This document shows positions 48,430 through 59,153 of a DNA stretch of 64,000 bases, one piece after another. The DNA comes from Patescibacteria group bacterium (GTDB lineage: Bacteria; Patescibacteriota; Patescibacteriia; UBA1558; GWA2-36-10). The notes beneath the pieces were generated by a model. That model had not been told where the DNA came from. It saw only the letters and a program-made list of their open reading frames with translations, and searched no databases. The position numbers and the translations under genes are program-made. Every line of letters begins with the position of its first letter. The first letter of the stretch is position 1. The stretch lies in assembly GCA_041650755.1 (NCBI GenBank), contig JBAZKN010000004.1, positions 4,624 to 68,623 of the forward strand, written 5' to 3'.

Positions 48430-50244
48430 TTGCCAATTATTCAAAATATCAAAAAAAGGTTGAAAAGCGAAGAAACGCCTGATGTCAATCAGCAATTACT
48501 CTTTAAGCTCAATCAACGCAAACTGCCCAGCTGGACACAGGTCACCCAACTGCCCAAAGTCTTGAATACCTTGGAAAAGTTACAATTCAGTCTAGCTCTA
48601 CTTATATTAATAGCGTCCCTAAGCTGGCTGGGGGTACGCTGGTACACCAATCACTCAACTTCCCAAGCAGCTACCGGCGGTAACTATACCGAAGGCTTGG
48701 TTGGCGCTCCCGATCTCATCAACCCGATTTTGGCTACCACTGATGTCGACCGCGACTTAGTCAAGCTCACCTATGCTGGTCTGATGAAATTTGATGAGCA
48801 GGGGCAAATAATGCCTGATTTGGCCAGCAGCTACACCATAGATGCCAGTCAAAAAGTCTATACTTTTGAATTAAAAAATAATTTAGAATGGCAGGATGGC
48901 GAAAATCTTACCGCCGCAGACGTGATTTTCACTATTAATAATATAAAAAATCCTGAATACAAAAGCCCCTATCGGGCAAGTTTTGCCAATGTGACTGTCA
49001 ACCAGATTAATGACAATACTGTCCAATTTACTCTGGACAAACCCATGCCCACCTTTCTTTCCTTACTCACTATCGGCTTATTGCCAGAACATTTGTGGTA
49101 TAGCATACCGGCTATCGGCGCTACTTTGACCGATCTAAACCTCAAACCAATTGGCGCCGGTCCTTACAAATTCAAATCTTTGACTCGCGATGCTAGTGGT
49201 AATATCAAAAGCTACACTTTGGTAGCCTGGAACAAATATCACGCTGGTCCAGCCTATATTTCTAATTTAATTTTTAAATTTTATCCGGATTTCGAAACAG
49301 CTGTCACTGCTCTACAAAATAAAAATGTCGAGGGGCTGATCTATCTGCCCAAAGAATATAAAAACCAGATCAAAAATAATAATCTGACTTTGCACGAATT
49401 GCGCTTCCCCCAATACACCGCCATCTTCTTTAACCCGGACAATAATTCGCTATTGGCTCAGAGTGACTTCCGTCGCGCCCTAGCTTTGGCAGTAGATAAA
49501 CAGCGCATATTAAATGAAGTCTTACATGGTGACGGCCAAATTATTGACACACCCGTTTTACCCGGTATGCTGGGCTATGATTCCAGTATAAAAGCTGAAA
49601 GCTATTCACCAGAAAAAGCCAAACAACTACTAGATAAATTAGGCTGGCAAGTCAATACTGAAACCGCTTTTCGGACCAAAACTGGAGCCAAAGTAAAAGA
49701 AGGTGAAAAACCAGAAGAATTGTCGATTAAGCTGACTACTATTGACCAAAGTGATAATAGCAGAATAGTTTCTATCATCAGGGAAAATTGGCAGGCGGTC
49801 GGCATCAAAACTGAGCTAGAGATCATCCCTCGTGATCGCATCAAAAAAGAAATAATCGAACCACGCAATTATCAGGCATTGGTTTTTGGCGAAGTTTTAA
49901 ATCAGGCCTCTGGTCCATACCCATTTTGGCACTCTAGCCAAACCAAAAATCCCGGACTAAACTTGAGTAACTTTAGCAACCCCAGCATAGACAAGGACCT
50001 GGAGCTGATCCGCCAAGCCACTAGTGATGAAGCCAAGATTTCCCCTCTACAAGATTTTCAAAAAAAATTATCAGAACAAAATTTTGCTATTTTTCTATAC
50101 AACCCAACCTATACTTATCCGACAGCCAGCAAACTAAAAGGATTGGACTCTCTCCAATTTATAAATTTGTCGACTGATCGATTCAATAATATCAGCTCTT
50201 GGTACATAAAAACCAAACGAGCTCTAAATAAAAAAACCAACTAA
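48430..50244 (+). CDS. Solute-binding protein family 5 (OppA/DppA-like) with an N-terminal membrane anchor
   Basis: Family 5 SBP pattern (GGNYTEGLVGAPDLINPI..., WQDGENLTAADV). Confidence 0.6.
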   Translation: MPIIQNIKKRLKSEETPDVNQQLLFKLNQRKLPSWTQVTQLPKVLNTLEKLQFSLALLILIASLSWLGVRWYTNHSTSQAATGGNYTEGLVGAPDLINPILATTDVDRDLVKLTYAGLMKFDEQGQIMPDLASSYTIDASQKVYTFELKNNLEWQDGENLTAADVIFTINNIKNPEYKSPYRASFANVTVNQINDNTVQFTLDKPMPTFLSLLTIGLLPEHLWYSIPAIGATLTDLNLKPIGAGPYKFKSLTRDASGNIKSYTLVAWNKYHAGPAYISNLIFKFYPDFETAVTALQNKNVEGLIYLPKEYKNQIKNNNLTLHELRFPQYTAIFFNPDNNSLLAQSDFRRALALAVDKQRILNEVLHGDGQIIDTPVLPGMLGYDSSIKAESYSPEKAKQLLDKLGWQVNTETAFRTKTGAKVKEGEKPEELSIKLTTIDQSDNSRIVSIIRENWQAVGIKTELEIIPRDRIKKEIIEPRNYQALVFGEVLNQASGPYPFWHSSQTKNPGLNLSNFSNPSIDKDLELIRQATSDEAKISPLQDFQKKLSEQNFAIFLYNPTYTYPTASKLKGLDSLQFINLSTDRFNNISSWYIKTKRALNKKTN

Positions 50245-50264
50245 ACAACTTAATAAACACTATC

Positions 50265-52166
50265 ATGATTATGAAAGAAAACCCTGATACGACTGATAAA
50301 TTGTTATCAGCAAAAACCAAGCATTACCGACCTCATAAATCAAGCAAAAATAAAATTCACCCCCGACACCGCCAATCCCATAAGATTGGCCCGCGGAGAA
50401 AAACAACTGCCGTGTCACGTGAAATACCTTTGGCTGATGCCACGGGTAAAAAGAGCACTCGCAAAATTGATCGCCGCCGCCCCAAGCTGAGCCGAGCTCC
50501 TTTGGGCAAATTGCGTATTATCCCTTTGGGCGGCTGCGAAGAAGTCGGCCGCAATATGACTGTTTTTGAATATGAAAACGATATTGTGATTATTGATATG
50601 GGTCTGCAATGGCCAGAAGAAGATATGCCTGGCATTGATTATATCATCCCCAATACGGCCTACCTCAAAGGTAAAGAAAAAAATATCCGCGGCGTCATCA
50701 TTACCCATGGCCACTATGATCACATTGGCGCCGTGCCTCATCTAGCGCCGGTTTTGGGCAATCCAATTATTTATGGCACGCCCTTAACGCTCGGCATTAT
50801 CGCCAAACGCCAAGAAGATTTTAAGACTGGCCCCTTGCGCCTCAAATCCATTGCTAAAGACTCAGTGCTCCAGCTGGGTAAATTCCGAACTAGCTTTTTC
50901 GGCGTTTCCCACAATATCCCCGGCTCCGTCGGCGTCATCCTGGATACTCCGGTAGGCAAAATAGTCCACACCGGCGACTTTAAAATCGACCCCAAGACAT
51001 CTGGCGATGCTCCGGCTGAAATAGAGAAAATCAAAAAACTAGCCAGCCAAAATGTCCTGGCTCTGATGGCCGACTCAACCAATGCACCTGAACCGGGCCA
51101 TCAATTGGCTGAACACGATATTCAGGGCAACATTGATGAAATTATTGCCCAAGCTCCTGCTCGGACAATTATCGGCACTTTTGCTTCGCTCCTAGGGCGT
51201 ATCCAACAAATCATCTGGTCATCAGAAAAATTAGGCAAAAAAGTCATTATCCAAGGCTATAGTATGAAACGCAACGTCGAATTGGCCCAGCAGCTAGGTT
51301 ATATGACTGTTAAAAAGGGCACTATTATCGATATCAAAGAAATGCGCCGCTATCCGGACAATAAAATTGTCATACTCTGCACCGGCGCTCAAGGCGAAGA
51401 TAATGCTGTGCTAATGCGCATTGCCAGCCACGAAGACAAAATATTAAAAATCGAACCAGGCGACACAGTCGTCTTCTCGTCTTCAGTCGTCCCGGGCAAT
51501 GAACGCTCTGTTCAAAGATTGAAAGATTCCCTGTATCGCGAAGGCGCCGAAGTTATCCATTATAAAATGATGGATGTCCATGCCGGCGGCCATGCCAAAC
51601 AAGAGGATATTTTGGAATTGATAAAAATGGTCAAACCGCGCTATGAAATCCCCATCTATGGCAATCACTCTTTCTTGAGAATCCATGCCAAAGTCGCTCT
51701 GCGCGCTGGTCTGGCTCCTGATCATATTTTCGTGCCAGACAATGGCCAGGTCATAGAATTTGATAAACAAGGCCATGGCAGCCTGACTGCCGAGAAAGCG
51801 CCGTCTGATTATGTCTTTGTCGACGGCTTGGGTGTAGGCGATGTCTCTAATGTTGTCTTGCGCGATCGCCAGATGATGGCAGAAGATGGTATGATCGTGG
51901 TGATTGCCACTATTTCCGGCAAAAGCGGCAAATTGGTCCACTCGCCCGATATTATCTCCCGCGGCTTCATCTATATGCGCGAGCAAAAAGAATTAGTGGA
52001 GACTATCCGCACCAAAGTCAAAAATATAGTCAATGAACACAATAAAACCAATGCCCAGCTGAATGAGACTTATATCAAAGAAACTTTGCGCAATGACTTG
52101 GGCCAATTTATCTTTACCAAAACACAGCGTCGGCCGATGATTCTGCCGGTCGTTATCGAGGTATAA
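50265..52166 (+). CDS. rnj: Ribonuclease J (beta-CASP metallo-beta-lactamase) with a basic N-terminal extension of about 90 aa
   Basis: HGHYDH motif, beta-CASP motifs, and the conserved region around GNHSFLRIH. Confidence 0.85.
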   Translation: MIMKENPDTTDKLLSAKTKHYRPHKSSKNKIHPRHRQSHKIGPRRKTTAVSREIPLADATGKKSTRKIDRRRPKLSRAPLGKLRIIPLGGCEEVGRNMTVFEYENDIVIIDMGLQWPEEDMPGIDYIIPNTAYLKGKEKNIRGVIITHGHYDHIGAVPHLAPVLGNPIIYGTPLTLGIIAKRQEDFKTGPLRLKSIAKDSVLQLGKFRTSFFGVSHNIPGSVGVILDTPVGKIVHTGDFKIDPKTSGDAPAEIEKIKKLASQNVLALMADSTNAPEPGHQLAEHDIQGNIDEIIAQAPARTIIGTFASLLGRIQQIIWSSEKLGKKVIIQGYSMKRNVELAQQLGYMTVKKGTIIDIKEMRRYPDNKIVILCTGAQGEDNAVLMRIASHEDKILKIEPGDTVVFSSSVVPGNERSVQRLKDSLYREGAEVIHYKMMDVHAGGHAKQEDILELIKMVKPRYEIPIYGNHSFLRIHAKVALRAGLAPDHIFVPDNGQVIEFDKQGHGSLTAEKAPSDYVFVDGLGVGDVSNVVLRDRQMMAEDGMIVVIATISGKSGKLVHSPDIISRGFIYMREQKELVETIRTKVKNIVNEHNKTNAQLNETYIKETLRNDLGQFIFTKTQRRPMILPVVIEV

Positions 52167-52175
52167 AAATAATAA

Positions 52176-52205
52176 AAAATCCCCCTAAACAATGGGGATT
52201 TTTTT
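52176..52205. terminator. Bidirectional terminator between rnj and murI
   Basis: AATCCCC-ctaaacaa-TGGGGATT hairpin between A- and T-runs. Confidence 0.55.
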
Positions 52206-52209
52206 ATCT

Positions 52210-53016
52210 TTATATCAAATTAATTCTTTTGGCTTTGATGGGTCTGCCTAGATATTTTTTAGCAGCTGATTCAAATTTATCAGCGCTGTCGGTAGTCAAA
52301 AATATTCGCCGCGGCTTGCTTTTGGCGGGCGAAGCATATTCCGCATGACGTTCTAGATACTCCTGCAATTTTTTGGCGACAATCTGACCGCTATCCAAAA
52401 CTTTTATTTGGCCGCCAAAATATCTTTGCATATCTTTTTGCACCCAGCCATAGTGGGTGCAGCCCAAAATCACCACATCAGGGTGATGGCTTTTTACTGG
52501 ACGGACATACTTCTTAATAACCATCTTAGTCTCGGGCGCTTTTTCCCAATTCTCTTCTATCAAGGGGACTAGTAGCGGGCAGGCCTGTTGGACTACTTGT
52601 ATTTTTTTATATTGCAGCTGCAACTCTCGCACATAAGAATTTGATTCTATGGTGCTGCGCGTACCCAAAACCGCTATAATTTTATTTTTACTTAAAATCG
52701 CCGCCTCCTCGGCCAAAGGACGGATAACGCCTAGAATATTTTTGCCTTTATAATTTTTAGGAATATAATCCTGTTGTAGTTTGCGCAAAGCTTCGGCTGA
52801 GGCCGTATTGCAAGCTAAGATAATCAACTCACACTTTTCGGCAAACAAATAGTCTACTGCCTGACGAGTATACTCATAAATAACTGCCTGGCTATGGTTG
52901 CCATATGGCGCCCGGGCATTATCTCCCAAATAAATATAGTCATACTGGGGTAAAACTTTTTCAATGGCCTTAAAAATCGTCAGGCCACCAAAGCCCGAAT
53001 CAAAGACTCCGATCAT
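52210..53016 (-). CDS. murI: Glutamate racemase
   Basis: GVFDSGFGGLT and the LACNTASA / GCTHYG catalytic Cys motifs. Confidence 0.9.
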   Translation of the reverse strand: MIGVFDSGFGGLTIFKAIEKVLPQYDYIYLGDNARAPYGNHSQAVIYEYTRQAVDYLFAEKCELIILACNTASAEALRKLQQDYIPKNYKGKNILGVIRPLAEEAAILSKNKIIAVLGTRSTIESNSYVRELQLQYKKIQVVQQACPLLVPLIEENWEKAPETKMVIKKYVRPVKSHHPDVVILGCTHYGWVQKDMQRYFGGQIKVLDSGQIVAKKLQEYLERHAEYASPAKSKPRRIFLTTDSADKFESAAKKYLGRPIKAKRINLI

Positions 53017-53019
53017 ATT

Positions 53020-54390
53020 TTAGTTTTTAATTACTGCTAAAACTTCCTGCTGATGCGCCTCGGCGCTCTCCTTATCTTTGGCCTCAACTGTCACCCGAAG
53101 CAGACTTTCAGTGTTTGAGGGTCTGACATTAAACCACCAATCAGCTAATTCTACCGTGATACCATCTAACTCGTCACGAATATCATCTTTATAATGCTGG
53201 CGGACCTTCTCCAGGCTGGCCGCAGTGTCACTAATCTCCAAATTATATTCATCGGTCCGATAATATAGAGAAAAATCCTGACCTATAGCTGATAGTTTGC
53301 GACCATCTTCAGAAATTGCCTGGATAGCCAGCAGCATGGCAATAAAGCCAGAGTCAGCATAATAATTCTTTTGGAAAGCAAAGTGGCCGGATACCTCGCC
53401 GCTCATAATGCCAAACTCATGGTGCATATGGCGAGATAAATTTATATAGCCGACTTCGCTGCGAATTGCTTTGCCACCCCATTTTTTTATAAGCTCTGGC
53501 ACAGCGTGGGAAAAAACCAGATTGTAAACAATACCAGCCCCGGGATTTTTTTCTAATAACAGCTTGGCCAGCAATAATATGGTCACATCGCTGCGGATAA
53601 ATTCTCCCTTTTCATCGAGTAAAAATAAGCGATCGCCATCCGCATCAAACATCACGCCAAAATCCGCCCGCTCTTGTTTTATTTTTTCAGCTATTGCCCG
53701 GCTGGCTCCTTTAGTTAAAGGATTGGGCGGGCGCTTCAAAAAGTCCGGATCAAGCTCTGGAAAAAGATGGATAAATTGGCCGGGTAATTTGGCAAAAATT
53801 TTGGGCAAGAGCTGGCTGGTCATGCCCCCGCCGCTATCAACTACTATTTTTAGCGGTTTTATTTTTGATAAATCAACGAAAGATAAAATGTGCTGCAAAT
53901 GATCTCGACTGATTTCTTTGGTTTTTAGCTTACCGGGCTTTATGCCGGCAGTATCGGGTAAATTTATTTTTTCCAATTCGCTAGCAATCTGCTTGCCGGT
54001 AATAAACTGGATGCTGTCGGTATATTCTGGGTTATTGGTGGTCAGTTTGCAGCCGGCATATTGAGGCGGGTTGTGCGAGGCAGTGGCCATAAACCCACCA
54101 TCATATTTATACTTACCAGTAGCAAAATAAAAATCATTAATAGAAACTAGGCCAATGTCATACACTTCTACACCATACTGTAGAAATATCTCAATAGCCG
54201 CTTTAACCAATGGTTCTGACCCATGACGAATATCACGGGCTACCATGATTCTTAATTTTTCCACTGGCTTGTTTAGCTTGCTGCTCAAACGGCTCAAAAA
54301 AGCTTTGGCAATCTGCTTGCTGGCCTCGGCATTTATTTCCGTAGGATAAACCCCGCGGATATCATAGGAGCGAAAAATGTCCTGATTCAT
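53020..54390 (-). CDS. Phosphoglucomutase/phosphomannomutase family protein
   Basis: TASHNP active-site Ser loop. 456 aa. Confidence 0.85.
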   Translation of the reverse strand: MNQDIFRSYDIRGVYPTEINAEASKQIAKAFLSRLSSKLNKPVEKLRIMVARDIRHGSEPLVKAAIEIFLQYGVEVYDIGLVSINDFYFATGKYKYDGGFMATASHNPPQYAGCKLTTNNPEYTDSIQFITGKQIASELEKINLPDTAGIKPGKLKTKEISRDHLQHILSFVDLSKIKPLKIVVDSGGGMTSQLLPKIFAKLPGQFIHLFPELDPDFLKRPPNPLTKGASRAIAEKIKQERADFGVMFDADGDRLFLLDEKGEFIRSDVTILLLAKLLLEKNPGAGIVYNLVFSHAVPELIKKWGGKAIRSEVGYINLSRHMHHEFGIMSGEVSGHFAFQKNYYADSGFIAMLLAIQAISEDGRKLSAIGQDFSLYYRTDEYNLEISDTAASLEKVRQHYKDDIRDELDGITVELADWWFNVRPSNTESLLRVTVEAKDKESAEAHQQEVLAVIKN

Positions 54391-54528
54391 AAAATTCAGC
54401 TAAATTTTAAACTAATCTTATTTTATCATAAAAGGGTCAAAAAAACAGCCAAGCCCCACTTACTTGACAAGAATGTTAGAATAATATAACATTAAGTTAG
54501 AAATAATTAACATTTAAAGCAAAAAACT

Positions 54529-54906
54529 ATGAGTAAAAAACAATATTTAATCTGTCGCTTAGTTGTCTCTTTTTTCACCGCCCTCCTAGTAGCCAGCGCT
54601 ATCACTTTAGGCAACTACGTCATACCCCTGTTAGTCATCATAGCTGGCATGGTTGTGCTTTATACTTGCCGCAAAAAAGTTCAAGATGTCCTAGTTGATG
54701 AAAGGGACTACAAAATAGCCGGTCAAGCTAGCCGCTATGTGCTAAACGCTTATTGTCTGATTGGGGCTATCATCACCGTGGTTGTATTTGCCACATCCAA
54801 AGATAATGCCGCTCTAATGCTGCTAGCTAATTTTTTGGCCTATAGTATCTGTCTAATAATGATTATCAACTCCTTACTATTCAAATGGCTAAGCTCCCGC
54901 AAATAA
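54529..54906 (+). CDS. Small membrane protein (DUF2178-like) paired with an XRE regulator
   Basis: 125 aa with 4 TM segments. Its stop abuts the downstream HTH gene. Confidence 0.45.
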   Translation: MSKKQYLICRLVVSFFTALLVASAITLGNYVIPLLVIIAGMVVLYTCRKKVQDVLVDERDYKIAGQASRYVLNAYCLIGAIITVVVFATSKDNAALMLLANFLAYSICLIMIINSLLFKWLSSRK

Positions 54907-54907
54907 T

Positions 54908-55102
54908 ATGACCAACAAAATAAAGGAGTATCGTGCCAAATACGATCTCACGCAAGAAGAATTGGCTAAAAAAGTGCGGGTGCGCCGAGAAACTATATTA
55001 TTTCTGGAAAAAGGCACATACAACCCTTCACTTAAATTGGCCCATGATATAGCCATGGCTCTCAAAACTACAATTGATGATTTATTTGACTTCAAAGACT
55101 AA
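54908..55102 (+). CDS. XRE-family helix-turn-helix transcriptional regulator
   Basis: [28 protein letters not shown]_3 pattern. 64 aa. Confidence 0.75.
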   Translation: MTNKIKEYRAKYDLTQEELAKKVRVRRETILFLEKGTYNPSLKLAHDIAMALKTTIDDLFDFKD

Positions 55103-55121
55103 ACTCTAGTATGCTTTCTAT

Positions 55122-55520
55122 ATGATTGGACAACTGCCTCATTATCAGGTCTATACTAGACTCAAGCCATCCAAAATTCATGGCGTGGGTGTTTTCGCTA
55201 TCCGCCATATACCAAAAGGTGTGCGTATTTTCTTGGGAGAAAAAACTCAAATAGTTTGGATAAAAGAATCTACTATTAAAAAACTTAGCCCGGAATACCG
55301 CCGACTTTATGATGATTTTTGTTTATTAAAAAAAGGCCGTCTAGCTTGCCCGGCAAATTTCAATCAACTGGCTCCTGGCTGGTATCTAAACCACTCCAAA
55401 AAACCAAATGTTGCTCTGGATAAAAAAATGGATTTTTTTACTCTCCGCAACATTCGTAAAGGAGAGGAATTGACTGTTGATTATACTACTTATTCTGAGC
55501 AACCAGCGCCAAAAAAATAA
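55122..55520 (+). CDS. SET-domain protein (putative lysine methyltransferase)
   Basis: GVFAIRHIPKGVRI, NHSKKPN and EELTVDY motifs. Confidence 0.65.
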   Translation: MIGQLPHYQVYTRLKPSKIHGVGVFAIRHIPKGVRIFLGEKTQIVWIKESTIKKLSPEYRRLYDDFCLLKKGRLACPANFNQLAPGWYLNHSKKPNVALDKKMDFFTLRNIRKGEELTVDYTTYSEQPAPKK

Positions 55521-55530
55521 TTTTAAAAAT

Positions 55531-55875
55531 ATGGAAATGCCTTATGAGGAAATCGAATTAAGACCCCAGGAGACTGATGACTCTGAATCACCAGAAGAAC
55601 CAGAAACCATCACTAAAATGAGAGTTGATGTTGAGGGGGTTAAAGAGGCCATTGAGACAGAAAATTGGCTAGAGCTTGATGTCTGCCTACAGGGCATCAT
55701 AGAGGATACTGCTGCTTTTCACCCGGCGGCTAATTATCGAGAAGAATTCCTGGCTAAATTGTCAGGGGCTGAAAACGCCATTAATGATCTTAATATACCA
55801 GAAAAAATCTTGGAGCGCCGCATCAAAAATAACCTTGCCAAAGCCAAAAGGCTTCTAAGAAATAGTGGTCAATAA
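55531..55875 (+). CDS. Acidic hypothetical protein
   Basis: ORF starts at MEMPYEE and is highly acidic. Confidence 0.4.
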   Translation: MEMPYEEIELRPQETDDSESPEEPETITKMRVDVEGVKEAIETENWLELDVCLQGIIEDTAAFHPAANYREEFLAKLSGAENAINDLNIPEKILERRIKNNLAKAKRLLRNSGQ

Positions 55876-55908
55876 GTCTGCTTGTAATAAAATAAATCCA
55901 AAAAATTC

Positions 55909-56808
55909 ATGTCAATCTACCTTAAAATTTTACCCGTAATATTAATTTTTATTTTGGGTTATTTTTTAAAAAAAACCAAACTATTTGATCGAGCAGATGC
56001 CGACCTCTTTCTGAAAGTAGTTTTTTATGTGGCCTCACCGGCCCTGATCCTGCTTTCCGTCTCCAGTATCAAGCTAAGCGCTTCACTTTGGTCATTACCG
56101 ATATCTGCTGTCATTATTATTTTAGTCAGCTATTTGATTGCGGCTGCCATCAGCCACACATTAAAATTGCCCCGCGAGTCTTTGGGAACATTTTTGATCG
56201 CCTGCCTAATCATGAATGTCGGCTTTCTCCTGCCGTTTGTCTTAGCGGCTTTCGGCAATGAGGGTGTTGCTAAAATATCATTATTTGATTTTGCTAACGG
56301 TCTGCTGACCTTTACTTTTGTTTATTATTTGGCTGTCAAATATGGCCAAGGACAAACCGACAAAAAATTTATCCGCAAAAAAATATTAATATCACCGCCA
56401 ATTTGGGCCCTAATTATAGCCATTACCCTCAACTTATCAAAAGTACAAATTACCGGATTAGCACATGACTTCCTCCAGCCGCTATCTTATCTTGTGTCGC
56501 CAATGATAATGCTATCACTGGGCATTTATTTCCAGCCAAAATTAAGCAAATTCAAAATACCTTTATTGGTACTAATACTGCGCTCTGGCTTGGGTTTGCT
56601 TTTGGGCTTATTATTAGCTAGTTTATTTCACTTGAGTGGCTTGGACAGGATCATCCTCATCTTGGCAGCCGCCGCCCCAGTCGGCTACAATACCCTGACT
56701 TTTTCTTCACTGGAAAAACTAGATCAAGATATGGCCGCCAATATTATATCCCTGTCTTTATTGTTTAGTATCATCTTTATCCCGATATTAATCGGCTTGT
56801 TACAATAA
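55909..56808 (+). CDS. AEC (auxin efflux carrier) family transporter
   Basis: 10 TM segments and an N-terminus typical of the family. Confidence 0.6.
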   Translation: MSIYLKILPVILIFILGYFLKKTKLFDRADADLFLKVVFYVASPALILLSVSSIKLSASLWSLPISAVIIILVSYLIAAAISHTLKLPRESLGTFLIACLIMNVGFLLPFVLAAFGNEGVAKISLFDFANGLLTFTFVYYLAVKYGQGQTDKKFIRKKILISPPIWALIIAITLNLSKVQITGLAHDFLQPLSYLVSPMIMLSLGIYFQPKLSKFKIPLLVLILRSGLGLLLGLLLASLFHLSGLDRIILILAAAAPVGYNTLTFSSLEKLDQDMAANIISLSLLFSIIFIPILIGLLQ

Positions 56809-56809
56809 A

Positions 56810-57478
56810 TTATTTTCTCACTAGACAATTTATATTGTATTTGGTCCGATATACTCCCCGTGGCTCTAAAACAAAACCGCTTTTTTGCAATAAACTTTTT
56901 AGCTCAAGGCTTGTGAAGTGGTGATAATAACGCCAATAGAATTTTTGGCTGTTTGGCAGCCTATAAGGGATGAAACAATCATTCCACGACTTTTTGCTTT
57001 TTATGTTCTGAAAAAAATATTTGCGATACTTGGGCTGCCACAAATACCAATTGGTCATAAATAAAATTCCGCCCGGTTTTAGCCAACGGTAAATATTATT
57101 AAGTAGCGCTTGCCGCTCCTGCCTATCTCTCAAGTGATGAAAAGCGGCCACCAAACACACAAGATCGAAAGTTTCTGCCGGCCAGTCGAGCTTAGTCATG
57201 TCAGCCACTTGGAAAGCATGATCAGGAAATTGCTGGCGAGCTTTGGCTAATAGCTTTTCACTAAAATCAACCCCTAAATAATCATATTTTTTCCGGGCTG
57301 TCTGCAAAATTTTTATCAAGCGGCCGTTGCCGCAGCCCAAATCCAAAATCTTGCCCATGTCGGGCAAATATGGTATAAAAACTGATAACTCCGGCCAAGC
57401 CAAAAATCTAGTGTGGGAAAACTCTTGGGCAATGGAGTCATAAGTATTTTGCAAATTTTCTACATCAGTCATGGACAA
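56810..57478 (-). CDS. Class I SAM-dependent methyltransferase
   Basis: ILDLGCGNGRL motif I and FDLVCLVAAFHHL. Confidence 0.7.
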   Translation of the reverse strand: MSMTDVENLQNTYDSIAQEFSHTRFLAWPELSVFIPYLPDMGKILDLGCGNGRLIKILQTARKKYDYLGVDFSEKLLAKARQQFPDHAFQVADMTKLDWPAETFDLVCLVAAFHHLRDRQERQALLNNIYRWLKPGGILFMTNWYLWQPKYRKYFFQNIKSKKSWNDCFIPYRLPNSQKFYWRYYHHFTSLELKSLLQKSGFVLEPRGVYRTKYNINCLVRK

Positions 57479-59072
57479 AAATAGTAAAATAATTGATAAA
57501 ATTATTTACGAGCTGGCTAGCCAAAAATATGCCACTGAATTAGATTTTGCCAAAAGCTTTCGACGGGCTTTTAGCAAGCATCGTTTGGCTCCCAGTACTA
57601 AGGCTACCTTGATTTCCCGCTATCGTCAATTAGTCAAAGCCAAAAAAATAAAAGCTACGGCCGCCTTTGAACAACTTTTGAAAAAACGGGCAGTGCGCAC
57701 CCTGTCAGGCGTTTCAGTCATTACTGTCTTATCCAAGCCATTCCCCTGCCCCGGGTCTTGCGTATATTGCCCGACTGAACCAAAAATGCCAAAAAGCTAT
57801 TTGAGTAACGAGCCGGCAGCTGCTAGGGCAAAAATGAACTTATTTGATGCCCAGCGGCAAGTTACGATGCGCATTCAGGCCCTAGAAAACAATGGGCACC
57901 TGGTAGATAAGCTGGAAATTTTGGTTTTGGGCGGCACTTGGTCTGTCTACCCCAAAAAATATCAGGATGATTTTATTCGTGATTGTTTTTACGCGGCCAA
58001 TACATACGCCAAAAAAACCAAGCGGAAAAAATACGGCTTAGGGCGTGAACAAAAAATAAATGAAACCGCTAAATACAAAATTATCGGCCTGACTTTGGAA
58101 ACTCGACCAGATTTTATCACCCCAAAAGAAATAAAAAACTTGCGCCGCCTGGGCGCTACCCGCATTCAACTTGGCATCCAACATACCGATGATAAGATTT
58201 TAAAAAAAATAAAGCGAGGACACACTGTCAAACAAAGTATTGCTGCAACCAGACTGCTAAAAGAGGCTGGTTTCAAAGTCGATCATCACTATATGCCAGA
58301 CCTGCCCGGCAGCACTCCCCAAAAAGATTTGGCTATGTTTAAATATGTTTTTTCTTCCCCTGACTTACAGCCCGATCAAATAAAAATCTACCCTTGCGTG
58401 GTCAATCAATATGCTCAAATATATCAATGGTACAAAAATAAAAAATACAAACCCTACACTATTAAACAATTAAACAATTTACTGTTATCAATTAAGCAGT
58501 TAGTACCGCCCTACGTGCGCCTTAATCGCTTAATTCGCGACATCCCTCAAAACAGTATCATAGCCGGCAACAAAATCACCAATCTACGGCAATACCTGCA
58601 AGCCGAGCTGGCAAAAAAAGGAAGGAGTTGCCAATGCTTGCGTTGCCGGGAAATACGCCGGTCCAAAGATAGAGATATGCGGCTAGTCAAAAGGCAATAC
58701 GCCGCCTCTGACGGCCAAGAAATTTTTTTGAGTTTTGAAAATAGAAACAGAACAAGAGTCTATGCTTTCCTACGTTTGCGTTTTAACGATAAAAATTTTT
58801 CCCCGCTCTTTCCGGTACTAAAAAACTCTGCTCTAATACGAGAACTGCATGTCTATGGACAGATGATACCGGTCTATCAAGAAAATTCGGATGATGAAAT
58901 CGGTGCTAATCAGCATCTAGGCCTAGGTAAGCGCTTGATGGCAACAGCTGAAAAAATAGCCAAAAAAAACGGCTACCGAAAAATAGCTGTAATTTCCGGC
59001 ATTGGCGTGCGCAATTACTATCGTAAACTCGGCTATAAATTGCAGGACGGCTACTTGACTAAATCTCTATAA
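57471..59072 (+). CDS. Elp3-like radical SAM plus GNAT protein (tRNA modification / acetyltransferase)
   Basis: CPGSCVYC (CxxxCxxC) radical-SAM cluster motif and a C-terminal GNAT-like domain. 533 aa. Confidence 0.65.
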   Translation: MDKNSKIIDKIIYELASQKYATELDFAKSFRRAFSKHRLAPSTKATLISRYRQLVKAKKIKATAAFEQLLKKRAVRTLSGVSVITVLSKPFPCPGSCVYCPTEPKMPKSYLSNEPAAARAKMNLFDAQRQVTMRIQALENNGHLVDKLEILVLGGTWSVYPKKYQDDFIRDCFYAANTYAKKTKRKKYGLGREQKINETAKYKIIGLTLETRPDFITPKEIKNLRRLGATRIQLGIQHTDDKILKKIKRGHTVKQSIAATRLLKEAGFKVDHHYMPDLPGSTPQKDLAMFKYVFSSPDLQPDQIKIYPCVVNQYAQIYQWYKNKKYKPYTIKQLNNLLLSIKQLVPPYVRLNRLIRDIPQNSIIAGNKITNLRQYLQAELAKKGRSCQCLRCREIRRSKDRDMRLVKRQYAASDGQEIFLSFENRNRTRVYAFLRLRFNDKNFSPLFPVLKNSALIRELHVYGQMIPVYQENSDDEIGANQHLGLGKRLMATAEKIAKKNGYRKIAVISGIGVRNYYRKLGYKLQDGYLTKSL

Positions 59073-59153
59073 AATATATACTATTGAGTTGATCTCTGTA
59101 CACTAGGCGATCAGGCTAAAAAGGCCACTGCCCATAGGGAAAGGAGCCCCAAG

